NCBI GenBank assembly: GCA_964606695.1
Contig: CAZSHG010000001.1
Span: 22,239 to 86,238 of the forward strand
Length of the DNA stretch: 64,000 nucleotides
Origin: an uncultured bacterium
GTDB taxonomy: Bacteria > UBP14 > UBA6098
Direction of reading: 5' to 3'
Below the pieces are notes generated by a model. It saw nothing but the letters and a program-made list of their open reading frames with translations, was not told where the DNA came from and did not search any database. The translations under genes were made by a program, and so were the position numbers. Of this stretch, positions 28,012 through 38,069 are shown piece after piece. Every line of letters begins with the position of its first letter. Position 1 is the first letter of the stretch.

Positions 28012-29559
28012 CTATAGCGTAATCGACGGATAAAACGTAAAGTCAAACTGCAAATCGAGTTGCCAGTAATCGCCCGTTTTTCCCTCGATGTGGTTTTTGT
28101 TCTCCTGATGACCATATTCCAGTCCGAAATTCCAAAATCCATATTTTCGGTAAAATCCGCTCCAGTCGATTTGAAAACCGGTCGTTTTTTCGACTACCCC
28201 GGTGGGGAACGGTTCGGAGTAAGGCCCTTCCACGTCCATCCAGGGCTCAGTCCATATAGCGGTTACCCTACCCGTCCCCTTGCGGAAATAGAAACACTCG
28301 ATATCCAAAAGAAGTTCCGGCATCACGAAGAAATCGATACCAAAACTGCTTCTATCGTAGTCGTTGCCGTATTCACTGCCGAGGTATCGATCCATGAACA
28401 GGTATCGATTCCATATCTCGTTCTGGTTATATGTCCAGTTTGTAACACCCTCGTATCTCGCCCTGAAGGTAACCCATTTCGAAAAAATCGCCGCTCCCCA
28501 ATCGAGTTGGCCGGCAATTCCAATTTCCGGCGGTTCCTGGTCGCCCTGCGTTTTCGCTTCCACCTGGATATCGTCCACCAACACTTCGCCGGAAAACCTG
28601 ACCGGCGGGAAAAGCACCTGGAAATCTCCGCCAAGCAATGTGTTGTCGTCCAGGCCGCGATTCAACTGCTCCGCGTGGAACCAGTAGAACGGCACCAGAT
28701 AAATCACCTCCGGCGACCGCCCCGGCCCGCCGTAGAGAACCTCCTCATGAAGCGCTACAGTGACGTGTTTCGATATAAATTCAATACGATGGCCGCTTAA
28801 GTATCGATTTGCGTTTCGAGATATATAGATATCTTCCGCAAGATATTCGTAGTAACGCATAGGGTCGAGGAATCCGCTGAATCCGGTGAGTCGGAAGGGG
28901 CCGAACCAGATTTCATAGTCCAGCCTTTCAAATGGGTCGTGCGCCTTGCCCAGGATTAATCCCTCGCCCCATAAAAGGTAATCCTTACCGAACTGAACAC
29001 GCCAGTCGTCTCCCGACGTGCCGATATAAACCTGGTCGGGACGCCCGGCAAATCCAGCCCATTGCCGGCCTCGATAATTCTCCTGGTGCGCCCACCTGAG
29101 GTTGACTATATAAGAAACGTATCCCTCGACAATCCCTTTCTTCATACCGCCGCCGAGTCTGAGGGTGGGATACAGCCTGTCGTCGGGGTCTCCTGGATTA
29201 TTGAGAATGCCATTAACTCCAGGTTCGATAAAAAAACTTATCGTATCACGTTTTGTGGCGGTTCTCATAAGTTGATACCGCAGTTTCTCCGCCCAGAATC
29301 CGGACGCACCTTCGAGGTTGTCCGGCAGTGTTTCCAGGATAACTCCGGATCTATCCGGCCAGGTGTTGGGTTGCGTCTCGATTTTCCCTCGTAGTTCCAA
29401 TTCGCGATATACGTCGATAATAGGCCACCTGTCGCCGAGATTCCTGCCGCTTATCGAAAAAAGGCTGTTTACCAAAAACAATAAGGCTAAAAGGGTAGAT
29501 ATTTTTCGGATTCGACAGGCGTTCATTTTCTTGGATTCTTTCCTTATACTATATAACAT
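28012..29559 (-). CDS. Putative outer-membrane beta-barrel protein (capsule-assembly Wzi-like?)
   Basis: 515-aa ORF with hydrophobic N-terminal signal (ISTLLALLFLVNSLFS). Rich in alternating aromatic/Gly beta-strand-like segments. Ends ...FDFTFYPSITL. Located at the edge of a polysaccharide export locus. A second ATG at 29526 with better RBS spacing is an alternative start. Confidence 0.4.
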   Translation of the reverse strand: MLYSIRKESKKMNACRIRKISTLLALLFLVNSLFSISGRNLGDRWPIIDVYRELELRGKIETQPNTWPDRSGVILETLPDNLEGASGFWAEKLRYQLMRTATKRDTISFFIEPGVNGILNNPGDPDDRLYPTLRLGGGMKKGIVEGYVSYIVNLRWAHQENYRGRQWAGFAGRPDQVYIGTSGDDWRVQFGKDYLLWGEGLILGKAHDPFERLDYEIWFGPFRLTGFSGFLDPMRYYEYLAEDIYISRNANRYLSGHRIEFISKHVTVALHEEVLYGGPGRSPEVIYLVPFYWFHAEQLNRGLDDNTLLGGDFQVLFPPVRFSGEVLVDDIQVEAKTQGDQEPPEIGIAGQLDWGAAIFSKWVTFRARYEGVTNWTYNQNEIWNRYLFMDRYLGSEYGNDYDRSSFGIDFFVMPELLLDIECFYFRKGTGRVTAIWTEPWMDVEGPYSEPFPTGVVEKTTGFQIDWSGFYRKYGFWNFGLEYGHQENKNHIEGKTGDYWQLDLQFDFTFYPSITL

Positions 29560-29579
29560 TCCAGATGGTGTTTTTTTGA

Positions 29580-30758
29580 TTATAGCGGGTGGGAAGTCGT
29601 AGCGGGTTTTCTTTTCGATTCCGCCAATTCCAGTCCGATCTTGTAGTTATCCTGGCTATCCTTGACGCCGGCGACTTCTTTGAGGAGTATTTCATACCGA
29701 TTTATCACGTCTTCCCAGCGATAATACTTCTCGACACGTTTCTGTGTTCGACGCGCGTAGTAATCTCTCAGTTGGGGATTATCTATCAGTTCCTGGACTT
29801 TTTGCTTGAGGTCTTCGAGATCGTTCATCCGATAATGAACCCCCGAGTCGCCTATAGTTTCCAACTGCTCCGGGATTCCATTCACTACCACGCAAGTTCC
29901 CGCTCCCATAGCTTCAAGGAGGGCGGGGCTTGTTCCCTCGAGCTCGCTGGGACTGACGAAAAGATACGCCTGCTTGTAGAGCTGTTTCACTCCGACACCA
30001 TAGATTGCTCCCGGAAATATTGCCCCTGGAGGCGCTATCCGTTTCAGGTATTCCGTGTATTCGCGGTCGTATGGATTATCCCCGACTACGACCAGAGGCA
30101 TATCGGTTCTGACCTCGCCATAGGCTTTAAGTAGTTTGTCGATTCCCTTTTCGGGGATAAATCTTCCGACAAAAAGCAAATACCTTTTCGGTTCCAGACC
30201 GAATTTTACGAGAAAATTGGGTTCGGGTTCATCCTCTAAAATGGCACTACCATAGGGGATATAGACGGTTTCCGAATCATACTGGTTTTTATAGTATTCG
30301 CCGACCTTAAGGGAATCCACGACAATCCGATTGGAAAACAGCGTCGCAAAACGCTCCGACATGTGCATCCACATGCTTCCAAAAACCCCGAATTTTTTTC
30401 TACGCCATTCCACGCCGTCAACGGACGTGATTATCTTCTTACCAAAAAGCCTCATCAGGGGTATAAGATGCGAATTGCCGACGTTATAAAGGTGAATGAC
30501 ATCGAACTTTCTAAATATGGCATGGAGAGCGGAAAGCGTTGTGTGGCTGATCGTAGAGAGGTTGCGCGATTCTACCGAGGGCAAATAGCTTAACTTTACC
30601 CCATTCCAGATTTTGGGACGTCCCTTACGCCAGCCCCGGCAGTAAACAACGACTTCGTGCCCCCTATCGGCGAGAGCTTTAGCCGTAATCTCCGCGTTGG
30701 TCTCAAAACCGCCGTAGGAGGCGGGTATTCCCCTTATGCCTAATATCGCAATTCGCAT
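29580..30758 (-). CDS. Glycosyltransferase family 4 (GT4, GT-B fold)
   Basis: MRIAILGIRGIPASYGGFET... N-terminus and the E-x7-E region (SPSELEGTSPALLEAMGAGTCVV) are typical of GT4 retaining glycosyltransferases. Confidence 0.85.
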   Translation of the reverse strand: MRIAILGIRGIPASYGGFETNAEITAKALADRGHEVVVYCRGWRKGRPKIWNGVKLSYLPSVESRNLSTISHTTLSALHAIFRKFDVIHLYNVGNSHLIPLMRLFGKKIITSVDGVEWRRKKFGVFGSMWMHMSERFATLFSNRIVVDSLKVGEYYKNQYDSETVYIPYGSAILEDEPEPNFLVKFGLEPKRYLLFVGRFIPEKGIDKLLKAYGEVRTDMPLVVVGDNPYDREYTEYLKRIAPPGAIFPGAIYGVGVKQLYKQAYLFVSPSELEGTSPALLEAMGAGTCVVVNGIPEQLETIGDSGVHYRMNDLEDLKQKVQELIDNPQLRDYYARRTQKRVEKYYRWEDVINRYEILLKEVAGVKDSQDNYKIGLELAESKRKPATTSHPL

Positions 30759-31627
30759 TTAAGTCGATTTATATATTCTTCCAGAGCCACTTTCCAGGAT
30801 CGCATTTTATATCCGATTTTATCCAGGTTATCGTTCCTAATAGCTTCCATCGGGGGTCTTTGTGCTTTCGTCGGAAAAGCCGTCGAAGGCACAGGTTTTA
30901 CCTCGCATTGAATATTACCAACTTCAACGATCTCTCGGGCAATGTCGTATCGTGTCGCTATGCCGTTATTACCCACATGGAACACCCCTCGATGTCCATT
31001 ATTAATAAGATATGTTATTAAATGACCGATGTCCAGTGTATAATTAGGAGAACCAAAAATATCGTTGACCGCAAGAAGCTCGCTTCTTTCATGTGCCAGC
31101 TTATAAATCTTGCCGACGAATTTTATATCCTTAACGCCCCCGCCGAACAACCACCCGGCGCGCAGTATCAACCATCTGTCTTCCGGCAGGATCTCATTAA
31201 TAGCCAGTTCACCTTTGTATTTGCTGACTCCGTAAACATTCTGGGGTTTCGGCAAATCGACCTCGCCATAGGGCATTTTCTTTTTACCGGAAAATATCCC
31301 CGACGTCGATATGTAAATCAGGTTGATGTCATTCTTCCGGCAAACTTCCGCGATATTTCTCGTGCCGTTATGATTTACCGTATCAGCAACTTCCTCGTGT
31401 TCTTCGCAATAATCAAGATCGGTCAGTGCCGCCATGTGTATTACCCAGTCCGGCGATATATCTTCTAAAACTCTTTCGACTTCCACGATATCCGTAACGT
31501 CCAAATTCGGCTTATCTGTGGGTATCACCGCGTATTCTTCCCGTAGTTGCGGGACGATATCGGATCCCATCATTCCATAAGCGCCGGTTACGAGGACTTT
31601 CGATTCTTTGTTATCCGTCGATTTCAC
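30740..31627 (-). CDS. SDR-family NAD(P)-dependent sugar epimerase/reductase (dTDP-4-dehydrorhamnose reductase RmlD-like)
   Basis: Rossmann motif VLVTGAYGMMGSD. Catalytic YxxxK (YGVSKYKGE). Size ~295 aa is typical of RmlD. Confidence 0.7.
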   Translation of the reverse strand: MKSTDNKESKVLVTGAYGMMGSDIVPQLREEYAVIPTDKPNLDVTDIVEVERVLEDISPDWVIHMAALTDLDYCEEHEEVADTVNHNGTRNIAEVCRKNDINLIYISTSGIFSGKKKMPYGEVDLPKPQNVYGVSKYKGELAINEILPEDRWLILRAGWLFGGGVKDIKFVGKIYKLAHERSELLAVNDIFGSPNYTLDIGHLITYLINNGHRGVFHVGNNGIATRYDIAREIVEVGNIQCEVKPVPSTAFPTKAQRPPMEAIRNDNLDKIGYKMRSWKVALEEYINRLKCELRY

Positions 31628-31638
31628 TTTTCCGTGGT

Positions 31639-33210
31639 TCAGCTCCCATTCTTTTTCTTATCTTTGAAATTCTTTTTATCGGCATTTTCCCGGCCGATTT
31701 TACTTCTGCTCCTAAAACTTTTCCACATCTCTAAAATAACTTCCCTATTATAAGGCGGATTGAAATAAGTCATTATAAGATAAAAGGAACCCCCGGCCAG
31801 AAAAGAACCGATTACCCATACCAGGTTCTGGACGTATCCTTTTATAAAAATGAAGAAAAGACCCATCAATAAGGTGTTCACGGTTAACTTAATGAGCGGC
31901 CCGCTTTCAACGCTTAATTTCAGAGACCTTGATAATACTATCCAGATTGACGCGATGAGAAACAACGTGGCCGTCCCGGTTGCCAGAACGGCACCCCACA
32001 GGCCAATATATTTCACTAAAATGATATCCGCAACGAGATTATAAATTGCGAATGTCGTTTGGGCGAAAAATAACAATTTCACTTTCTCCTGAGCCGTAGC
32101 CACAATCGACAGGGGAAATCTGAGCGACGCAATCGCAAAAGTTACGGCTAATCCGCCCAATATCCCCGAAGCCGGCAGAAATTTGGGATCGAAAATATGA
32201 CGGATTACGGGTTCGCTGAAGGTCAAAATGAAGATCGTTGTCGGAAGAACGAAAAAAGCCTGTAAGGTTATAATTTTAGAAAATTTCCTCGATAACGTCT
32301 CCTCAGTGTTTTCACGGATGTATTTCCTGTAAACAAACGGCTCTATAACTGTGCCGATAAGGTTATGAGGCATCCATCGCGTCGCCGCATAACCAAGTTT
32401 GGTAGCAAATGAATAATAACCCAGCGCGGCTTTTTCCAACATGGCCGAGATTACGAACTTGTCCGTCGTAGTGTTGAAAAGAATATTGCCGAGATTATTC
32501 AAATACATGAAAAAGCCGTATTTGGCCATTCTTTTGACCGGCATTCGCCGGATTCCCCCCGTGTCTTCGATTTTGTATTCCGCGGATAAAGGTCCGTAAA
32601 GACCAAAAAAGAGAATCAAACTGCTTGCGCCTTCGATAACAAATGCGCCCGCCAGGCCTTCTCCGGCACTCAATACCAGGTAGAACGCCACCACTCTGAA
32701 TATATTGTAAAACGTGAAAACGAAAACGTATCGCACCTGTTTCAGCAGTGCGGAATAACAGAACGTCATCATCATAGCTTCAGTGGTAAACAACGCACCG
32801 ATGGCAAATAATCCGAAAATATCCCGATATTCCTCGATATTGAAAAACGGACCGACTTTGTCGTAGAAGACGTAGCTAAGAAGAAGAACTATCGCACAGA
32901 CAATAAAACGAATTAGCAAAACCAACCGAAGGGTAATTGCGATGAAATTGTCTTCGTCCTTCTCGGCGAATTCCGGCAAGAACCGCCGGGCTATATCCGA
33001 AACCCCGACGTTCCCCAAAGTGTTGATTATTACCACCGTTCCGAGGAAAAGTTCAAACACGCCGTAAGCCCAAACCGATAGATAGTGCGCCTGGAACCAT
33101 ACAACTCCAAGACCGATGAATTGATTGACCACCCGACTCATTATCAGGGCCGTTCCGCCCCGGGCGGCGCGACGATCTAAATCGGTTTCTATGTTGGTTT
33201 TTTCCTCCAT
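31639..33210 (-). CDS. Oligosaccharide flippase (Wzx / polysaccharide biosynthesis protein, MOP superfamily)
   Basis: 523 aa with ~12-14 TM helices. N-terminus RRAARGGTALIMSRVVNQFIGLGVVWFQAHYL is typical of Wzx-like flippases. Confidence 0.7.
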   Translation of the reverse strand: MEEKTNIETDLDRRAARGGTALIMSRVVNQFIGLGVVWFQAHYLSVWAYGVFELFLGTVVIINTLGNVGVSDIARRFLPEFAEKDEDNFIAITLRLVLLIRFIVCAIVLLLSYVFYDKVGPFFNIEEYRDIFGLFAIGALFTTEAMMMTFCYSALLKQVRYVFVFTFYNIFRVVAFYLVLSAGEGLAGAFVIEGASSLILFFGLYGPLSAEYKIEDTGGIRRMPVKRMAKYGFFMYLNNLGNILFNTTTDKFVISAMLEKAALGYYSFATKLGYAATRWMPHNLIGTVIEPFVYRKYIRENTEETLSRKFSKIITLQAFFVLPTTIFILTFSEPVIRHIFDPKFLPASGILGGLAVTFAIASLRFPLSIVATAQEKVKLLFFAQTTFAIYNLVADIILVKYIGLWGAVLATGTATLFLIASIWIVLSRSLKLSVESGPLIKLTVNTLLMGLFFIFIKGYVQNLVWVIGSFLAGGSFYLIMTYFNPPYNREVILEMWKSFRSRSKIGRENADKKNFKDKKKNGS

Positions 33211-33230
33211 TACTATTATCGGGGAATTTT

Positions 33231-34670
33231 TTATTGTTGGGCGGGTTCCAGTTCAGCTGTGCCGTCTGATCTACCGCGAGTCTTCACATAGAGATATTCG
33301 GTAATCGCAATCCAGAACACCAATATAGTGATGTTAGAAGTCGTATATACGAATCCCGGACCAGCAAATCCTGATACTAAAACGGATGCAAGAACAACCG
33401 GCTGACTAACAACGAACGCCTTTTTCATATAACTATCCAATAGGACGCGATGTCTAATAAGCCAGATACTCCTCTTCAACCAGAAGAAGCAAATCGAAAA
33501 GAAAATAGCAAGGCCGACAATACCTTGATGAACTAAAAGAGAAAAGTAGAAATTATCCACTCTCGCGATCCTCTGGAAAGAACTCCATTGGATACCTATA
33601 CCTCTCCCGAATAACCAATGCCCTTTTAAGAAGCGCAATGACTCCCATATCTGCCATCGTCTTGCCCCAAGGGAAATGTCTTTCCTCGCCCTGAGAAGCG
33701 ATTCAAGACGATCGGAATATAATTTTAACAGAACTTCAAACTTACTTCCCATAGTTATTCTTAAAGTCAAAGCGGCAAAAAATAGGATAGCGATGGTAAT
33801 TATTAAAAGTTTAATTGCATACGACATTCTATTACCTTTTTTCTGGATAGAAATCAAGATAACCGCAAGTAACATACATTCCATTAGAAGATTAGCAATT
33901 AGCATTCTCGATTGACTCGGAATTATAGGAGTAAGAGTCGCTATAAGTAACAGAAGGTAATAAACTCGATCCCTGCTCTTCTCTACTTTCTCGAAGGGTA
34001 TAAGTAGTAAAATTATGAATGGAAAGAAAACAGTTATACTCCCAATTGCCGGCCAGAAAGGTCTTCCTAACATGTCGAATCCGGAAAAAGAAAATACTCC
34101 TACGTAGTTCAACATGTATGCACCTGCACAAATCGCGCTTCCGAAAAGAAAATACTTAAGAATTCTGTCAACTCTTTCCGTATTCTGTAGGTAGAACATC
34201 ATCGGGAAAAAAGCGGCCCAAAACATCATATTTCTCGAAACTGTCCTTAGAAAAGAATGAGAATACTCGAGTGTATATCCTCGCGCTACCTGAAGGAAAG
34301 TGCTAACGAGAAATATGATTATCAGAACGGATAAGGTTGTCAGTTTGAATTTTTTATTGCTTATGATAATTTCGAGTAAAATCAAACATAGAACGAAAAA
34401 GAAGAGCAATTCCACGAGATTAACTGAATATCCGCCAATTTTCAGCGTAACCATAAAGGAGGGGAAAGCAAAAGAGAATACGGCGAATATCGGGAAAACT
34501 ACACGAAAAGGAAACAGAAAAAGGAAAAGTAGATTTAACGTGAGAAAAGGAAGGATTATTCTCGGAGAGGGCTTGAACTGAATAAATGTTGCCAGATATG
34601 CCCACGCGATAATCGTAATAATTATGAGGAATCGATCGGTCCCTACGATCCCCTTCTCTGAAGACCTCAT
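33231..34670 (-). CDS. O-antigen ligase/polymerase-like membrane protein (Wzy-like)
   Basis: Polytopic membrane protein with a large periplasmic loop. The start was chosen at the ATG that overlaps the Wzz stop (ATGA) rather than the ORF-track start at 34739. Confidence 0.55.
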   Translation of the reverse strand: MRSSEKGIVGTDRFLIIITIIAWAYLATFIQFKPSPRIILPFLTLNLLFLFLFPFRVVFPIFAVFSFAFPSFMVTLKIGGYSVNLVELLFFFVLCLILLEIIISNKKFKLTTLSVLIIIFLVSTFLQVARGYTLEYSHSFLRTVSRNMMFWAAFFPMMFYLQNTERVDRILKYFLFGSAICAGAYMLNYVGVFSFSGFDMLGRPFWPAIGSITVFFPFIILLLIPFEKVEKSRDRVYYLLLLIATLTPIIPSQSRMLIANLLMECMLLAVILISIQKKGNRMSYAIKLLIITIAILFFAALTLRITMGSKFEVLLKLYSDRLESLLRARKDISLGARRWQIWESLRFLKGHWLFGRGIGIQWSSFQRIARVDNFYFSLLVHQGIVGLAIFFSICFFWLKRSIWLIRHRVLLDSYMKKAFVVSQPVVLASVLVSGFAGPGFVYTTSNITILVFWIAITEYLYVKTRGRSDGTAELEPAQQ

Positions 34671-35698
34671 CTTTTTCTCCGAAATATAGCCCCTAACTTG
34701 TTTAGGTCCGTCTTCAGAGGATTTACTATTTCTGGCCATGTAATAGTTTTCTCGATTGCGGTCGGATCGTCCGCTTCGAGGAACATAATCCAGAAGAACG
34801 CTATAAAAAGCGTGAATATCAACGAAAAGAGGAATGTCGATATTTTTTTAGGATAGGATTTTTCTACGGGAACTGAAGCCGAGTCCAAAACCGATACTAC
34901 GGGAGTTTCTTTGGCTTTGGTGAGCCTCGCCATTTCATATTCTTCGTATAAAGCCTGGTAAATCTTTCGCTTGTTTTCTTTTCTGAGCTCGAGTTTTTCT
35001 GCCCTTGCCTGGACTTCTGGATTCCTGATTGCCGGATAACCCCTATTCGATTCCTGGAATTCCACGAAAGTATCCTGAACGGCCTGATATTCTATGTAAG
35101 AATCTTTAATCCTATTTTCGAGGTATTCCAGATTCGTTTTAGCCCTTGTAATTCGGATATTCTTATTAAAGTTATCCAGCTCGATTATCATGTTATTAAC
35201 GACCTGATTTGCTAACTCCGGGCCGGGAGCCATAGCTCGAACCGTTATAATCCCGGTTTCGAAGTCAGATTTCACGGTAAGTTTATCTTTGAAAAACACG
35301 TAACCTTCATAATTCCTATTGAGATTGAGAATGGAGTAAAGGTCTTCGCGCACGAGTTTGTTGTTTTTATAATACTCGTATTCGGTACTCAGAACGTTTT
35401 CCAGTATCGATCTTGATTTGAGAATATCGACATATAGGAATGAGGCCGGAATTCCCTCCGAAGTAGCTCCGGATTTACCGAGAACCCCAACGAGAATACC
35501 GAGAACACCGATGTCGGTCGAACCTTCGGACGGCAACAATATGGCCTCCGATTCATACATCGAAGTGGCAATCGACGTGAAAATAAGCGTGAAAACGAGC
35601 GGCGTAAAAACGGCCAGATAGACAATATGCCGTCTCCTGATAAGAATTCTCAGATAGAGATTGAACCTTTTGAATATTTCGTTTTTAATCGAATCCAT
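34667..35698 (-). CDS. Polysaccharide chain-length determinant protein (Wzz-type, no kinase domain)
   Basis: N-terminal TM after a basic stretch (RRRHIVYLAVFTPLVFTLIFTSIATSMYESEAILLP). Long coiled periplasmic region. C-terminal TM (FLFSLIFTLFIAFFWIMFL). No Walker motifs. Confidence 0.7.
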   Translation of the reverse strand: MDSIKNEIFKRFNLYLRILIRRRHIVYLAVFTPLVFTLIFTSIATSMYESEAILLPSEGSTDIGVLGILVGVLGKSGATSEGIPASFLYVDILKSRSILENVLSTEYEYYKNNKLVREDLYSILNLNRNYEGYVFFKDKLTVKSDFETGIITVRAMAPGPELANQVVNNMIIELDNFNKNIRITRAKTNLEYLENRIKDSYIEYQAVQDTFVEFQESNRGYPAIRNPEVQARAEKLELRKENKRKIYQALYEEYEMARLTKAKETPVVSVLDSASVPVEKSYPKKISTFLFSLIFTLFIAFFWIMFLEADDPTAIEKTITWPEIVNPLKTDLNKLGAIFRRKR

Positions 35699-38064
35699 TA
35701 CAACCTGAAGAGGATATAAATAGTAGTCGCCATTCCGCTCAAGATCGAAACGGTTTGTTCGACAATAGAGAAGAGATCGGTTTGTTTCTTGATCCTTTGC
35801 GGTATTATAATAACGTCCCCCGGCGCGACTTTGCTGAACTTTGAAGACACTTTTTCGACCTTACCGTTAGCTCTGACGAGTCGTATTCCGCTTTTGTCCG
35901 CGTTCCGCGTATATCCTCCAGCTCTTTCAATATAGTAATTCACGTTCTTCTTTGGAACCCAATGTATAGTCCCGCTGGAAGCCACCATTCCAACTACGGT
36001 AACGCCCGTGGGCGTTTTTGGCACGTGAATCGAATCTCCGGATTCCAGCACAATATCATCCTCGGGAAGACCTTTTGTAACCTTTTCGATGTCGATAATT
36101 ATCCTTGCAAGCTGGTCGCCCGAATATTTAAAAAGCAATGGTGGTCTTATTATTGCTCCGCTGGTGTCGAGTATGGCTTCTTGAGTTTGTTGGACTATGC
36201 TTATCAAGTTCTTGTTTTCAATATCCAGGGCTAATTTAGGCCTGAGGAAAACTACGCCCGGTAGAAAGGCGTCATCGGTGAAACCGCCGGCTCTTTCGAT
36301 TAGATCGGATAATCTCTCCTTGTTTTTGTGAAGTGCGTATTTTCCGGGGAATTCCAACTCGCCAGTAATTACTACTACATCCTGAAGCTTCCACCCGGGG
36401 ATTTCCCTGATGAAAACAGCATCATACGGCTCTAATAAAAGGTCATCAGCGCCACCGGGATTGTTCAATATTTCCTCTAAATCCAGGTAGATAATTTCCG
36501 ACATAGCCCCGGGATTTACTCTTGCGAGTTCGGCCTGTCTGAGATATGCACTCTCGAGCACACCTCCCGATTCGAAAATTAGATCGGAAACTCTCATATT
36601 GGTAAAATATTCATAAGCCGCGGGTTTCCTGACAGCGCCTGAAATCGTAACCTCTCTCTTCTCTTCGATATCCCAGATGCTATATATTACTAACTCGTCT
36701 TCGTTTTTCAGGAAAACATCATACTTGCTTCCCGGAAAGGCCAGAGCGGAATCTATCATAACGCGATAAATGCTCTTCCTTCTGTCGGACAATGTCCGAA
36801 TCAAATCCCCTCGTTTGGTGTAGGCGTCGGGCAAAAGCTGATCGCCGTAGTTAAGTAAGTCCGAAACGCGCATAGAATCGTAAAGCCCATGGGGGCCGGA
36901 TTGGACAACTTGCCCTTTTAGAAATACTATTTCACTTCGATATTTTTCGATGGGAAATATTGAGAAATCGTCCCCATCGGAAGCCATTCGCGCTGTTTCA
37001 CTGCTATCGCCTAAATCGAATGTGTGTATCTGGTGCTCACAGCCGGAAATCCCGTCTATCATTATCGAACTAATATTGGCCTCGGGGAGAACTCCACCCG
37101 CAAGTTCGATAACATCGCCTATCGTCGTCGAATCCTCTATTTCATAAATAGCCGGCCTTCGCACCAAACCCCGGACTTTCACTTTGGGCCCCAACCTGGG
37201 CACGGTAATTACGTCCCCGTTTACAAGCTGAATATTGGAGGACGTTTTGCCTTTGAGGATGAACTCGTAAATATCGAGGTTTGCGGCGAGTTTTCCCCTT
37301 CTATATATATTAATCTTACGATATGAACCGTATTCATTCGGACCGCCGGCTATCGCCAGGGCATCGATAGCTCGCGATAAACCGGGGATAGCGTAAACGC
37401 CGGGTTCCTCGACTTCGCCGACAATGAAAACGCTTATTCCACGGATTTTGGCTATCGATATATCGACCTCGAAATCGGTATATATGCCAGACAATGCGTT
37501 TATGATGACATCGGACGCCCTGTCGAGTGAATATCCCGCTATCGTAACGGTTCCGGCTTTTGGGATAAATACCTTGCCTTCGCGATCCACAGTCAGATTA
37601 TATTGATAATCTACACTGCCCCAAAGGTTCAACAGGATATTATCGCCCTGGCCGATTACATAACTACTCGGCATCGGCGCTTCGGGGATAGTCTTTACGA
37701 TATCGCCCGCAAATAAGTCGGCGCCGAAAAAGTCCAATTTGCGGGGAGTAGCTTTTGTGAGAACCTGAACCGTATCGTTATTTACAACGATATACTCGTT
37801 GAAATAAGCCCTCTCTTCCTTATCGGCCGCCTTAACGGGCTCTTCCCTGGTTACTTTCTCGAAAAGCGCCGTATCGACTTCTTCAAATATCGATGGGGTT
37901 TCATATTTAGGCGTTTGAGTATCCGGAGTCCTCCCTCTGGCCTTGGCTTCGTCGATATAATCCTCGTATTCCCGCATAAGCTCCGAAGGCATCTCCTGAG
38001 CAAGAATTGTAATCGCTCCAAGAGTAATTACGAAAATGGCAAATTTCCCATAGTTCCTTTGCAT
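35698..38064 (-). CDS. Polysaccharide export protein (Wza/KpsD family) with multiple SLBB domains
   Basis: Poly_export signature YVIGQGDNILLNLWGSVDYQYNLTVDREGKVFIPKAGTVTIAGYSL. Several repeated soluble-ligand-binding beta-grasp segments (...GAVRKPAAYEY..., ...GELEFPGKYAL...). Signal peptide. Confidence 0.8.
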   Translation of the reverse strand: MQRNYGKFAIFVITLGAITILAQEMPSELMREYEDYIDEAKARGRTPDTQTPKYETPSIFEEVDTALFEKVTREEPVKAADKEERAYFNEYIVVNNDTVQVLTKATPRKLDFFGADLFAGDIVKTIPEAPMPSSYVIGQGDNILLNLWGSVDYQYNLTVDREGKVFIPKAGTVTIAGYSLDRASDVIINALSGIYTDFEVDISIAKIRGISVFIVGEVEEPGVYAIPGLSRAIDALAIAGGPNEYGSYRKINIYRRGKLAANLDIYEFILKGKTSSNIQLVNGDVITVPRLGPKVKVRGLVRRPAIYEIEDSTTIGDVIELAGGVLPEANISSIMIDGISGCEHQIHTFDLGDSSETARMASDGDDFSIFPIEKYRSEIVFLKGQVVQSGPHGLYDSMRVSDLLNYGDQLLPDAYTKRGDLIRTLSDRRKSIYRVMIDSALAFPGSKYDVFLKNEDELVIYSIWDIEEKREVTISGAVRKPAAYEYFTNMRVSDLIFESGGVLESAYLRQAELARVNPGAMSEIIYLDLEEILNNPGGADDLLLEPYDAVFIREIPGWKLQDVVVITGELEFPGKYALHKNKERLSDLIERAGGFTDDAFLPGVVFLRPKLALDIENKNLISIVQQTQEAILDTSGAIIRPPLLFKYSGDQLARIIIDIEKVTKGLPEDDIVLESGDSIHVPKTPTGVTVVGMVASSGTIHWVPKKNVNYYIERAGGYTRNADKSGIRLVRANGKVEKVSSKFSKVAPGDVIIIPQRIKKQTDLFSIVEQTVSILSGMATTIYILFRL

Positions 38065-38069
38065 CTTGA

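Noticed and set aside
28060-28800. 246-aa + strand ORF overlapping the 515-aa - strand outer-membrane-protein candidate
   Set aside because: The - strand frame is longer. It has a signal-peptide-like N-terminus and beta-barrel-like aromatic patterning, and it fits the co-oriented polysaccharide locus. The + strand ORF begins at an alternative start with no RBS and has no recognisable features. Confidence in the - strand call is still only moderate.
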